Notes: generated from the sequence alone by a model not told the origin. Shown: positions 24,892 through 33,032, counted from the stretch's first letter. The stretch is DNA of 38,007 nt from an uncultured Bdellovibrionales bacterium (GCA_964603325.1 CAZRUH010000002.1:2959-40965); one strand, 5' to 3'. Numbers and translations: made by a program.

Positions 24892-25899
24892 CTATTTAGA
24901 GCTCATTAATGTTCTTTTATATGTATCTAAATTATCTAACGCTTTGCCCGCGCCTTTAACAACACAAAATAAAGGATCTTCCGCCACATAACAGGGAACA
25001 TTTATGGTTTTTGACACCAATTTATCTAAATGTTTAAGAAGCGCGCCACCCCCGGACAGAATCATTCCTTTGTCCATAATATCGGCAGCCAATTCCGGAG
25101 GTGTTTCTTGTAAAACTTTTTTAATGGCGCCAATCACTTCCCTTAACTCATCTTGAAGGGCTTCGGTTATCTCATTGGAAGAAATTTTAATTGTTTTCGG
25201 CAATCTTCCGGATAGATCTCTTCCTTTAACATCTATATAATCTTCTTTAACCTGCGCAATAGCCGAGCCAATTTTTATTTTAATTTCTTCGGCAGTTCTA
25301 TCACCGATAACCAATCCATGTTTCCTTTTGATGTAATTAGCTATAGCATAATCAAACTTATTTCCGCCAACCCTTGCGCTATGAGCTGAAACTATTCCAC
25401 CCAAAGATATTACCGCCACCTCAGATGTTCCTCCGCCAATATCAATAATCATATTTCCTTGAGCGTTTTGAATTGGTATCTCTGCTCCAATTGCCGCTAA
25501 GATGGGCTCCTTAACGACATAAGCGCTTTTGGCTCCAGCTTTAACAGCCGCATCAATGACAGCTCTTTTTTCGGTAGAGGTTATACCAGCCGGAACAGAA
25601 ATCATTACATCCGGCCTCACCAATCTAACTCTACCGCTAACTTTTCCTATAAAATATTTAAGCATTGCTTCCGTAACCCTATAGTCCGCAATTACTCCGT
25701 CTTTCAGTGGTTTGGTGGCCACAATGGTATCAGGCGTTCTCCCTATCATATCCTTGGCCTCATTTCCAACAGCCAAAACTTTGTTATCCAATAACGAAAC
25801 CGCCACCACTGACGGCTCATTAACAACCACCCCTTTTCCGGGAATAAAAACCAAAGTATTTGCTGTTCCCAAATCAATTCCAATCTTTTTTAATAGCAT
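24892..25899 (-). CDS. mreB: rod-shape-determining actin homologue MreB
   Basis: 335 aa: IGIDLGTANTLVF...DGVIADY...DIGGGTSEVAVISLGG...GGGALL. Confidence 0.95.
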   Translation of the reverse strand: MLLKKIGIDLGTANTLVFIPGKGVVVNEPSVVAVSLLDNKVLAVGNEAKDMIGRTPDTIVATKPLKDGVIADYRVTEAMLKYFIGKVSGRVRLVRPDVMISVPAGITSTEKRAVIDAAVKAGAKSAYVVKEPILAAIGAEIPIQNAQGNMIIDIGGGTSEVAVISLGGIVSAHSARVGGNKFDYAIANYIKRKHGLVIGDRTAEEIKIKIGSAIAQVKEDYIDVKGRDLSGRLPKTIKISSNEITEALQDELREVIGAIKKVLQETPPELAADIMDKGMILSGGGALLKHLDKLVSKTINVPCYVAEDPLFCVVKGAGKALDNLDTYKRTLMSSK

Positions 25900-25903
25900 A
25901 TGC

Positions 25904-27208
25904 TTAATTCTTTTTTAATTCAATTTTTGCACCAATAGATTTTAGTCTTTTTTCCAAATTTTCATATCCACGATTAACCGAATAAACTTCTTTTAAAACC
26001 GATTTTCCCGATGATGCCAGCATTGCCACCAATATTATCGCAGCCGGGCGAAGCGCGGGAGGAGAGATTATCTTGGATCCTTTTAATTTTGTTGGACCCT
26101 CAACCTCCACTCTATGAGAATCAATCAACTTTATTTTTCCTCCCAAATTATTTAATTCCGCAAAATATACCGCTCTGTTTTCATAAACCCAATCATGAAT
26201 AAGCGTTCTTCCTTTTGCAATCATTGCTATCGGAACAAAAAATGGCAAATTATCCATATTTATTCCGGGAAATGGTAACGCATGAATTTTATCCTTTAAC
26301 GCAACCAGTTTTGATGGAATAATTTCAATATCTATCAGTTTTGTTTTTCCGTTCCGCGAAACATATTTTTTTAAGATATTATATTTTTGTCCCATTTTTT
26401 CCAGTTTCAACAATTCTAACTCCAAAAATTCAATCGGGCATCTTTTTATTCTCAACCTACTATTCGTAACAATTGCCAATGAGATAAAAAACATTGCTTC
26501 AATGGGGTCCTCACTAATTTCATAAGATATATTTTTTTTAATATTTTTCAATCCAACAACTTCAAGCGTTGTTGTTCCTATGCCTTTTATCTTTACGCCC
26601 AATTTTTGTAAGAAAAAGCAAAGATCTTGAACCATATAATTGGCTGTTGCCATTTTAATGGTGGTTTTTTGAGGAATTTGCGCCGCAACCATTAATGCCG
26701 TTTCCGTCACCGTGTCTCCCGATTCGTATAAAACAACCTTTTTTGCCGGTCTTAGTTTTCCGGCATCTATAAAAAAACCATCATTTCTGTTTATTATTTT
26801 AACTCCAAATTTTTCCAAAACAAACAAATGCGGTCTAATAGTCCTTTCTCCCAATTTACAACCTCCCGCTTGAGGAATAAAATATTTATTCAATTTACCA
26901 ACAAAAGCGCCTATGAGCATAATCACACTCCTTGTTTTGCAAGCTGATTTTTTGTTTATTTTGTCTACCTTAAACTCTACGGGCGGAATTATTTTCAAAT
27001 TCTTACCCACTTTTTCAATTTTTACGCCAATACTTTCCAATATTTCAACCCAACGATTAACTTCTTCTATTTGAGGCACATTTCTCAATGTCGTGGTGCC
27101 TTTGTTTATCATACTCGCCGCTAACAATGCTACTGTGGCATTTTTTGATCCATTAACCGTAATTTCTCCCTTTAATTTTTTTCCACCTTCTATTTCAAAG
27201 TATTGCAT
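25904..27208 (-). CDS. murA: UDP-N-acetylglucosamine 1-carboxyvinyltransferase
   Basis: 434 aa: GEITVNGSKNA...AGGCKLGERTIRPH (active-site Cys loop)...C-terminal RGYENLEKRLKSIGAKI. Confidence 0.95.
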   Translation of the reverse strand: MQYFEIEGGKKLKGEITVNGSKNATVALLAASMINKGTTTLRNVPQIEEVNRWVEILESIGVKIEKVGKNLKIIPPVEFKVDKINKKSACKTRSVIMLIGAFVGKLNKYFIPQAGGCKLGERTIRPHLFVLEKFGVKIINRNDGFFIDAGKLRPAKKVVLYESGDTVTETALMVAAQIPQKTTIKMATANYMVQDLCFFLQKLGVKIKGIGTTTLEVVGLKNIKKNISYEISEDPIEAMFFISLAIVTNSRLRIKRCPIEFLELELLKLEKMGQKYNILKKYVSRNGKTKLIDIEIIPSKLVALKDKIHALPFPGINMDNLPFFVPIAMIAKGRTLIHDWVYENRAVYFAELNNLGGKIKLIDSHRVEVEGPTKLKGSKIISPPALRPAAIILVAMLASSGKSVLKEVYSVNRGYENLEKRLKSIGAKIELKKN

Positions 27209-27341
27209 AAAAATTTTAGTTTAAATTCACAAATATTGACACTCTTAGTTTACTTCATTTAATCATCTTTTTCAAGCAATTTTATTATTTTGCATTTCCA
27301 AATAATTTCAAGTGATATTTTTAAAAACAATCATACAAAAA

Positions 27342-27370
27342 TTGACTTTCTTATAAAAACAGTGTATAAT
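27342..27370 (+). promoter_or_regulatory. sigma70-type promoter (TTGACT-17nt-TATAAT)
   Basis: TTGACT at 27342-27347, 17-nt spacer, TATAAT at 27365-27370. Confidence 0.55.
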
Positions 27371-27398
27371 AAAGACAAATGAGAAGTTTGTAAATAAT

Positions 27399-27419
27399 CG
27401 GGTGAAACCCGTTTTTTTT
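27399..27419 (+). terminator. terminator-like hairpin + U8 immediately before a start codon (candidate attenuator)
   Basis: CGGGT-GAA-ACCCG (27399-27411) is followed by TTTTTTTT (27412-27419), and the ATG is at 27420. It lies only about 25 nt downstream of the predicted TSS. Confidence 0.45.
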
Positions 27420-28004
27420 ATGCAAAAAATAAAAAAACAAAAATTATTTTTGAATCGTTATGCAAAAAACTTTCTTTTGACATTGTTTTTTCTTTTTCTT
27501 TTTTCTTTTTCTTTTCTTGTCTTAGAAATTAAAAAAGAAATTTCACTGATAAATGACTCTTTCAATTTTAAAATCAACATAAATTCAAACAGAATTAAAC
27601 TAAGGAGCAAGATAAATGAAATAACCGCCGGATACCCCATAAGCGAAATGTCTTATTATTTATCATTTCAAAACAAAGAAGTTGTCGCCTTTATGATTGC
27701 TATAGCAAAAAAAGAAAGTAATTGGGGTAAAAGAACTCCAAAATTAAACGGAAAAGAATGTTATAATTATTGGGGTTTTAGAAGAAAAAGAAATCGTATG
27801 GGAAGTGGAGGACATACTTGTTTTGACAATAAAAAAGATGCCGTTTTAACCGTGTCTGAGAGAATAAAAAATCTTTTAGCGCAGGGAATTGATACACCGC
27901 AAAAGATGGTCATTTGGAAATGCGGTTATTCTTGCGATAATCAAAATCCAAAAAATGTTGACAAGTGGATTAGAGATGTTGATTTATATTACAGCAAATT
28001 TTAA
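27420..28004 (+). CDS. membrane-anchored putative peptidoglycan hydrolase (glucosaminidase/lysozyme-like)
   Basis: N-terminal TM (FLLTLFFLFLFSFSFLVL). The motif AIAKKESNWGKR...YNYWGFRR resembles the E-S-x-W-G ... N-x-x-G-I-K signature of glucosaminidase domains. The track start at 27402 is GTG inside the hairpin; the first ATG is at 27420. Confidence 0.55.
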   Translation: MQKIKKQKLFLNRYAKNFLLTLFFLFLFSFSFLVLEIKKEISLINDSFNFKININSNRIKLRSKINEITAGYPISEMSYYLSFQNKEVVAFMIAIAKKESNWGKRTPKLNGKECYNYWGFRRKRNRMGSGGHTCFDNKKDAVLTVSERIKNLLAQGIDTPQKMVIWKCGYSCDNQNPKNVDKWIRDVDLYYSKF

Positions 28005-28011
28005 CAGATAA

Positions 28012-29205
28012 TCAGATAGATATTATTTCTGTTTTTTTTATAGCTTTTTTAATCACTTCATTCAAATTAATATTTTTCTCTGCCATTATGACACTTTCCA
28101 ATTTTGCATGAATTTCCGGATGTTTCGGAATAAATCTCGTACAACAATCTTCATGAGGTAAAATTGAAATATCATAAGTTTCTATTTTTTTAGCAATTTT
28201 TATTATCTCCGCTTTATCAAAACCACATAAAGGACGCATTATTGTTATGTTTACCGCACTATTGGTTGCCAAAATATTTTCCAGAGTTTGGGAAGCTACC
28301 TGGGCAACAGACTCTCCGCTATATAGTGCCAAGTATTTATTTTTCTGAGCTATTTTTTCAGCAATTTTCAGCATCAATCTCCTATACATTATCACCCGCA
28401 ACTTTTCCGGACATTTTATTATTATTTCCTGTTGAATTTCGGCAAAAGGAACCATAAAAACTTTGCCAAATTCTTGAAATTTTGAAAGTTTTTTTGCTAA
28501 AGAGATTACTTTTTCGTTAGACGCTGAAGATGTGTATGGCAAAGAATGAAAATGTATAAAATCAATTTTGACACCTCTTTTTAGTCCATAATAAGCGGCC
28601 ACGGGAGAATCAATCCCGCCGGAAAGCATAGCTAACGCTCTTCCTCCCGTTCCCACCGGCATACCGTTTAATCCCATTTTTTTCTTTAAAAAAATAAATG
28701 CCCATTTGTTTATAATTTCAATAAAACACTCAATGTCGGGATTTTTTAAATTAACTCTTGGATTAAGTTTTTTGTTTTTTAATTTTTCAAAAATATATCC
28801 TCCGATTTCCTTGTTTATCTCCTCAGATGTCATTAAAAAATTCTTATTTAATCTTTGTGTTGTTATGCGAAAGGTCTTTTCCGAAGAAAGAATTTTTAAT
28901 TTAATCAACTTCCAACACTCTTTTTTCAAAATATCAATATCCTGAGAAATTTTTTTAGCAAAAGAAAAATTTGCAATTCCAAAAATTTCCGATAATATTT
29001 TTTCTATCTTTAACAAATCACCATTACTTACCTTCTCACTCATAATTTCCAGTAAAATTCTTCCGGGAACTCTTTTTGTTTTTATACAAAAATTAAAATT
29101 TTCCTTTTTGATTTTATTTTTTATATTTTGAACCAATTTTTTTTCAAACCAATCACGATTTTTTCCCTTAAGCCCTATTTCATTGTAACGAATTATTATA
29201 GTCAT
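28012..29205 (-). CDS. thiI: tRNA 4-thiouridine synthase / sulfur-carrier transferase ThiI (no rhodanese domain)
   Basis: Homology begins at MTIIIRYNEIGLKGKNRDWFE (ATG 29205). It has a THUMP region and the PP-loop SGGIDSPVAAY. The 60-aa upstream extension in the track ORF crosses a terminator hairpin and is rejected. Confidence 0.88.
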   Translation of the reverse strand: MTIIIRYNEIGLKGKNRDWFEKKLVQNIKNKIKKENFNFCIKTKRVPGRILLEIMSEKVSNGDLLKIEKILSEIFGIANFSFAKKISQDIDILKKECWKLIKLKILSSEKTFRITTQRLNKNFLMTSEEINKEIGGYIFEKLKNKKLNPRVNLKNPDIECFIEIINKWAFIFLKKKMGLNGMPVGTGGRALAMLSGGIDSPVAAYYGLKRGVKIDFIHFHSLPYTSSASNEKVISLAKKLSKFQEFGKVFMVPFAEIQQEIIIKCPEKLRVIMYRRLMLKIAEKIAQKNKYLALYSGESVAQVASQTLENILATNSAVNITIMRPLCGFDKAEIIKIAKKIETYDISILPHEDCCTRFIPKHPEIHAKLESVIMAEKNINLNEVIKKAIKKTEIISI

Positions 29206-29221
29206 AAAATCAAAAAATAAC

Positions 29222-29255
29222 AAAAAACACTCTTGATAAATATAGAGTGTTTTTT
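29222..29255. terminator. palindromic, bidirectional terminator-like hairpin 17 nt upstream of the thiI ATG
   Basis: AACACTCT (29226-29233)-10nt-AGAGTGTT (29244-29251). It is flanked by an A-run (29222-29227) and a T-run (29250-29255), so it is followed by U-tracts on both strands. Confidence 0.6.
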
Positions 29256-29324
29256 GTTTTCGGTCAAATAATAACCAACGCTTATATTTTAGGCTAATTA
29301 CATATTTAACAAAAAATCTATATG

Positions 29325-29476
29325 GAAACCGGGCGTCGCACGCCCAAGATATATAAAAATTGGCTGGACGCCCGATGTTTAACATGTACCAACATATAAG
29401 CCGGAAATTCCCTAGCCCGGGTGAGAGGCGTCAGAAATTATATAAGCTATATGTACTTTGCGTACATGTTTTTTTT
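29325..29476. ncRNA. GC-rich structured RNA element of unknown class (cis-leader of thiI or independent sRNA; strand unresolved)
   Basis: Complementary GC blocks: CGGGCGTC (29330-29337), ACGCCC (29340-29345), GACGCCCG (29367-29374) and GGCGTCAG (29427-29434). These allow mutually exclusive helices. A plus-sense hairpin ATGTAC-5nt-GTACAT + T8 sits at 29451-29476. A minus-sense TATAAT sits at 29442-29437. Confidence 0.35.
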
Positions 29477-29567
29477 CTCCTACTTTTCTCCGGCGCAAAG
29501 CCTTTTTAAAGAACTGAATTTTTCTTTTTTATTTTTGTTTTTTAAGAAAAATTTTTCTTGAAACGCT

Positions 29568-29605
29568 CCGCATTTGATATACTTATTCAAATATACCAAA
29601 TGCGG
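29568..29605 (+). terminator. long hairpin followed by T-rich tract (plus-sense terminator-like)
   Basis: CCGCATTTG (29568-29576) pairs with CAAATGCGG (29597-29605), and 4 further bp follow one mismatch. The downstream sequence aacatttcttttttgtttttgttttt is T-rich. Confidence 0.35.
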
Positions 29606-29678
29606 AACATTTCTTTTTTGTTTTTGTTTTTATAATTTGAAGTGCGTTAACTTCAAAAATTGATACAGAGAGAATAGT

Positions 29679-29731
29679 AGAAGAAATTTTGCCTAAAACT
29701 AAAAATTCATTTCAAAAACAAAATTTCTTCT
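29679..29731. repeat. 13-bp perfect inverted repeat with 27-nt spacer
   Basis: AGAAGAAATTTTG (29679-29691) and CAAAATTTCTTCT (29719-29731). Confidence 0.6.
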
Positions 29732-29750
29732 GCTATCTATTTGTCAAAAA

Positions 29751-29770
29751 ACTAAAAATAACTAAAAATA
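29751..29770. repeat. perfect tandem 10-mer ACTAAAAATA x2
   Basis: 29751-29760 and 29761-29770 are identical. They sit between the minus-strand promoter and the 13-bp inverted repeat. Confidence 0.6.
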
Positions 29771-29786
29771 TCAACTTTACAAACAA

Positions 29787-29815
29787 ATTATACCACTTTT
29801 TACGCTACCTATCAA
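29787..29815 (-). promoter_or_regulatory. strong sigma70-type promoter with extended -10 (TTGATA-17nt-TGgTATAAT), no ORF downstream for ~575 nt
   Basis: Minus strand: TTGATA (29815-29810), 17-nt spacer ending in TGG, TATAAT (29792-29787). Confidence 0.55.
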
Positions 29816-29933
29816 GTAAAACGAGAAAAACCCTTATAAAATGGCCATTTTTTCAAATAAACATTTTTATTTACCCTTTATATTTTTTTTAAAAACTATT
29901 CTTTATAAAAAATAAAATTTCTTTATTTGGCAA

Positions 29934-29953
29934 TTATCCACAGTTTATCCACA
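29934..29953 (+). promoter_or_regulatory. two perfect tandem DnaA boxes (TTATCCACA) spaced 11 bp start-to-start
   Basis: TTATCCACA at 29934-29942 and again at 29945-29953, in the same orientation. Both lie just past the stop of the 29971-31185 gene. Confidence 0.6.
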
Positions 29954-29970
29954 GAATTATTAAAAACCAA

Positions 29971-31185
29971 TTATTTCACATTGATTATCACCTCATTATC
30001 CTTTGCTTTATTGTCATTATTATCACCACCAATGCTGTCATTTTGAACATTTTCATCACCTCCATCGTTATCATTTTTATATTTTAACAACTTATCAATA
30101 ATATTTCTCCCCATGTCTTTGCTTGTTGCTATCACCAGTTTGTCTCCAATAACCGCATAATCCAATGATAAATCGCTATTTTCTCCGATATTATTATATC
30201 TAATATTAATATTTTTGTAAGAACTGGTATTAAAACCGCTAGCTTCTCTTTCTTTAGATATGGAACTTTCCAGTAGTATGGGCTTTAAATATTCTATTAA
30301 GCGATTACTGTTTTGACTGATAGCGGAAATCAACTTTTCCTTGTTTTTAATCTGTAAAACTAACCCCATCCTTGCATTTCCGTTGTTATTTTTATATAAA
30401 AATAAGGAAAAATTATCATCAATATTATTCATTATATTTTCAGGCAAACTCAATCCGATAGAATTAGAAAATTCCGGAAACAATAATTCCACATTGTCTT
30501 TGTCGGTAATCACAAACTCAATAAGTTTGTTTTTGGGAATTTTTTTGGAAGTATTTTTAATGGTGTCTATCGCTAAGGTACCGTCAGAAGTGTCAATCAT
30601 TAGATAGTTTGCATCTTCTGAAAATTGATCATCCGTGTTTTTTTGTTCATTATTGTTATCACTATTAACTTGATTTTCATCCAATTTTTGATTCGTTTCA
30701 TTGGGGTTGTCAAAAATAACCTCTTTATTTTTCCACCCATAATAGACAACTATGCCGACTCCGGCAATAAGCAACACCAGTGTTATCAAAACCATTACCA
30801 CCTTTTTACGACCGGAACCGGATTTTTTATTTTCTTCAGCGACAGAGTTTTTAATAGCAACATCTCCATTGTTTAAGTTGCCGTTTAAGTCATTTTTCCT
30901 ATCGGAAAAATTTAAGGAAGGTGTTTTTTCTGTCCCCAATGTCGCTTTATCGCTTTCGTTGTTTACCGCATCCTTTTTTTCAGCACCATTTTTGATATCG
31001 CTTTCTTTAGTTACACCGCCTTTATCCAAAAAAGGACCTTCTTCAATACCACCACTTTTATGTTCTTTGTCTGCAACGTTCTCAGCGTCAACCATTTTTT
31101 CACTCAAATCATCTTTCATTGTGTGCATTTTCACATTAAAAAAAGTCTTTTTATTATCATTGTTGTTTTTGTTTTTATCAAGCAT
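29971..31185 (-). CDS. single-pass membrane protein with disordered N-terminal region and extracytoplasmic C-terminal domain (hypothetical)
   Basis: 404 aa. Low-complexity Asn/Lys/Asp-rich N-terminal third, TM VVMVLITLVLLIAGVGIVVYYGW, and a folded-looking C-terminal domain. No motif recognised. Confidence 0.7.
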   Translation of the reverse strand: MLDKNKNNNDNKKTFFNVKMHTMKDDLSEKMVDAENVADKEHKSGGIEEGPFLDKGGVTKESDIKNGAEKKDAVNNESDKATLGTEKTPSLNFSDRKNDLNGNLNNGDVAIKNSVAEENKKSGSGRKKVVMVLITLVLLIAGVGIVVYYGWKNKEVIFDNPNETNQKLDENQVNSDNNNEQKNTDDQFSEDANYLMIDTSDGTLAIDTIKNTSKKIPKNKLIEFVITDKDNVELLFPEFSNSIGLSLPENIMNNIDDNFSLFLYKNNNGNARMGLVLQIKNKEKLISAISQNSNRLIEYLKPILLESSISKEREASGFNTSSYKNINIRYNNIGENSDLSLDYAVIGDKLVIATSKDMGRNIIDKLLKYKNDNDGGDENVQNDSIGGDNNDNKAKDNEVIINVK

Positions 31186-31200
31186 TTTTTTAAGTTTAGA

Positions 31201-31229
31201 TTTATAATATAGACAAAAAGATAAGTCAA
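31201..31229 (-). promoter_or_regulatory. sigma70-type promoter (TTGACT-17nt-TATAAA), very short leader
   Basis: Minus strand: TTGACT (31229-31224), 17-nt spacer, TATAAA (31206-31201). The ATG is at 31185. Confidence 0.5.
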
Positions 31230-31314
31230 ATGTATTTTACCACAAAAACAATGTTTCGCAAAAATAAAAAATAGACTATACTAAATATGTTGTTAAATAT
31301 TTTTTAAAAATACT

Positions 31315-31695
31315 ATGATTTTTATTGAGTCAATGACATCTGTTTTTAAAAAACTAAACAAAGATAATTCTAAAGAGAGTATCCAAGAAGAAATTGATAA
31401 ACTTCAAGAACACATAAAAGAGCAATATTTAACCGGTTCCGTATTGTTTTTGCCGGAAGCAGAAAACAAAATTGCCACAACATTAAACGAATTCACAAAA
31501 AAACGAGAGTCAGAAAAATATATCCTAGACACACTCAAAAAAATAAATCAAATCCTTTTAGATTTTTCTTCTTATAAAATTATGTTGATTAAATCTGCAG
31601 AGAAAAATGATGCCGATAAATTTAACAATGCAAAAAACAACTTGGAAAATTTGCTCAAAGAATTATTATCCTTGTTATCTATTGATAAACTGTAA
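31315..31695 (+). CDS. hypothetical helical/coiled-coil protein
   Basis: 126-aa ORF with charged heptad-like sequence. It ends 8 nt before the next ORF. Confidence 0.55.
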   Translation: MIFIESMTSVFKKLNKDNSKESIQEEIDKLQEHIKEQYLTGSVLFLPEAENKIATTLNEFTKKRESEKYILDTLKKINQILLDFSSYKIMLIKSAEKNDADKFNNAKNNLENLLKELLSLLSIDKL

Positions 31696-31703
31696 AAATT
31701 CTT

Positions 31704-33032
31704 ATGAAAATTTTTAAAAAATTATCCATAAAAAAGCTTTTGCCTTTTGTTTTTTATTTTTTTGTTTTTACGCTTCCATTACAGACCGTTTTTATATTAA
31801 AAAATACATATATAAACAATTACAAATTTCAGTACGCTACCATAAATTTGTTTTTTTTTAATTTTGTTGCTTTTTTTTGGATAAACCTGGTTTTACTTTA
31901 TTTTCTAAAAACCAAAACCAACTTTAAGCGACTTATTCTCTTTTTTGACAACAAAATAATAATATTAACTGTTCTGTTTGTTTCTTGGGCGTTTATTTCT
32001 ACTTTTTGGGCACCTGACAAAAAATTATCCCTGATTTATGCGTTAAATTTATTCTTTGCTTTGATTTTATTCCTAGCAACATCTTTTTTTGTTAAAAATA
32101 AAATTCTCAAAATTAAAAAAATAGCCATTGTTTTTTTGGCTTCCGCATTTATTCAATCTTGCTTGGGATTGTGGCAATTTGTTCAGCAAAACACCTTTTC
32201 AAACAAGTGGCTCGGTATTCAATCTTTTAATATTTGGCAAGGTGGGGCTCCCGTTCTGCAAAACACTGATGGACGGTGGTTGCGCGCCTATGGAGGACTT
32301 CCTCATCCCAATATTTTTGCAGGTTTTTTACTAATCGCTCTATTTTTCAATTTTTATCTCTTATCATCATCAAAAAATCTTAGTCCTTTAAAAAAATTTT
32401 TTCTTTTTCTTGCGCTAATGGTAATTTTTTCATCTTTTTTACTCTCTTTTTCTCGTTCCGCATTTTTTTCCTTTTTTATTGGCATATCTTTTGTTTTTTT
32501 ATTTGCTCACAAAAAATTTTCCAAAAAATTATTAACTCCGTTATTGTCTGTTTTTCTTGTTTTTCTGTTGTTTTTATCTCTTTTTTTCAATGTTTTTTTA
32601 TCCAGAACAAACACAAACTCCCGTTTGGAAAAAAATTCCATCAGTGATCGCTCTCTATATGTATTGGAAGCGGAAAAAATTATTAACCGGCATCCATTTA
32701 TTGGGATAGGACTAAACAATTACACATTAACCGTATACAAGCAAAATCCAAATAAAAAACCTATTTGGGAATATCAACCTGTTCACAATGTACTTATTCT
32801 TGTTGTTGCCGAACTTGGTTTGTTCGGTTTATTTCTTTTTCTGGGAATAATTTTTAATATTATTTATAGTCATTCCAAAGACTTAAAACTTTTCGCAACT
32901 AAAAAATTTTCCAATGTTCTTATGCTGGGAATGTTTCTTTCTTTAATTAGTTTGTTTGTTTTTGATCATTGGTTGTGGTCAAATAGTTTTGGAGTTTTTC
33001 TTTTTTGGTTAATTGCGGGATTGGCAATTTAA
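31704..33032 (+). CDS. O-antigen ligase / Wzy_C-family polytopic membrane protein
   Basis: 442 aa with about 10-12 TM helices and the characteristic loop LSFSRSAFFSFFIG. It sits in a glycan-gene context. Confidence 0.8.
   Translation: MKIFKKLSIKKLLPFVFYFFVFTLPLQTVFILKNTYINNYKFQYATINLFFFNFVAFFWINLVLLYFLKTKTNFKRLILFFDNKIIILTVLFVSWAFISTFWAPDKKLSLIYALNLFFALILFLATSFFVKNKILKIKKIAIVFLASAFIQSCLGLWQFVQQNTFSNKWLGIQSFNIWQGGAPVLQNTDGRWLRAYGGLPHPNIFAGFLLIALFFNFYLLSSSKNLSPLKKFFLFLALMVIFSSFLLSFSRSAFFSFFIGISFVFLFAHKKFSKKLLTPLLSVFLVFLLFLSLFFNVFLSRTNTNSRLEKNSISDRSLYVLEAEKIINRHPFIGIGLNNYTLTVYKQNPNKKPIWEYQPVHNVLILVVAELGLFGLFLFLGIIFNIIYSHSKDLKLFATKKFSNVLMLGMFLSLISLFVFDHWLWSNSFGVFLFWLIAGLAI

Noticed and set aside
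29206-29385. 60-residue N-terminal extension of the thiI ORF in the track (start 29385)
   Set aside because: ThiI similarity begins exactly at MTIIIRYNEIGLKGKNR (ATG 29205). The extension is Phe/Tyr/Lys-rich junk-like sequence and it runs through the palindromic terminator hairpin at 29222-29255 and the edge of the GC-rich element.
29325-29476. Attempts to name the GC-rich element as RNase P RNA, ykkC/guanidine, TPP or SRP
   Set aside because: For RNase P, CCGGCUUAU resembles CR-V. For ykkC/guanidine, CUAGGGAAUUUCCGGC resembles CUAGGGUUCCGGC. For TPP, GGUGAGAGG resembles GCUGAGAGG. In each case only one short block matches and the other obligatory conserved blocks are absent. The missing blocks are GGAAAGUCCGG for RNase P, GGUCCGAGAG and ACACGG for ykkC, ACCUGAUCUGG...CCAGCG for TPP, and GGAAGCAGCC for SRP. 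The element is also too short for RNase P.
29689-29892. 67-aa plus-strand ORF inside the long spacer
   Set aside because: It has a non-ATG start and low-complexity Lys/Phe/Asn composition. It spans an inverted repeat, a tandem repeat and a minus-strand promoter. No SD or coding-like signal was seen.
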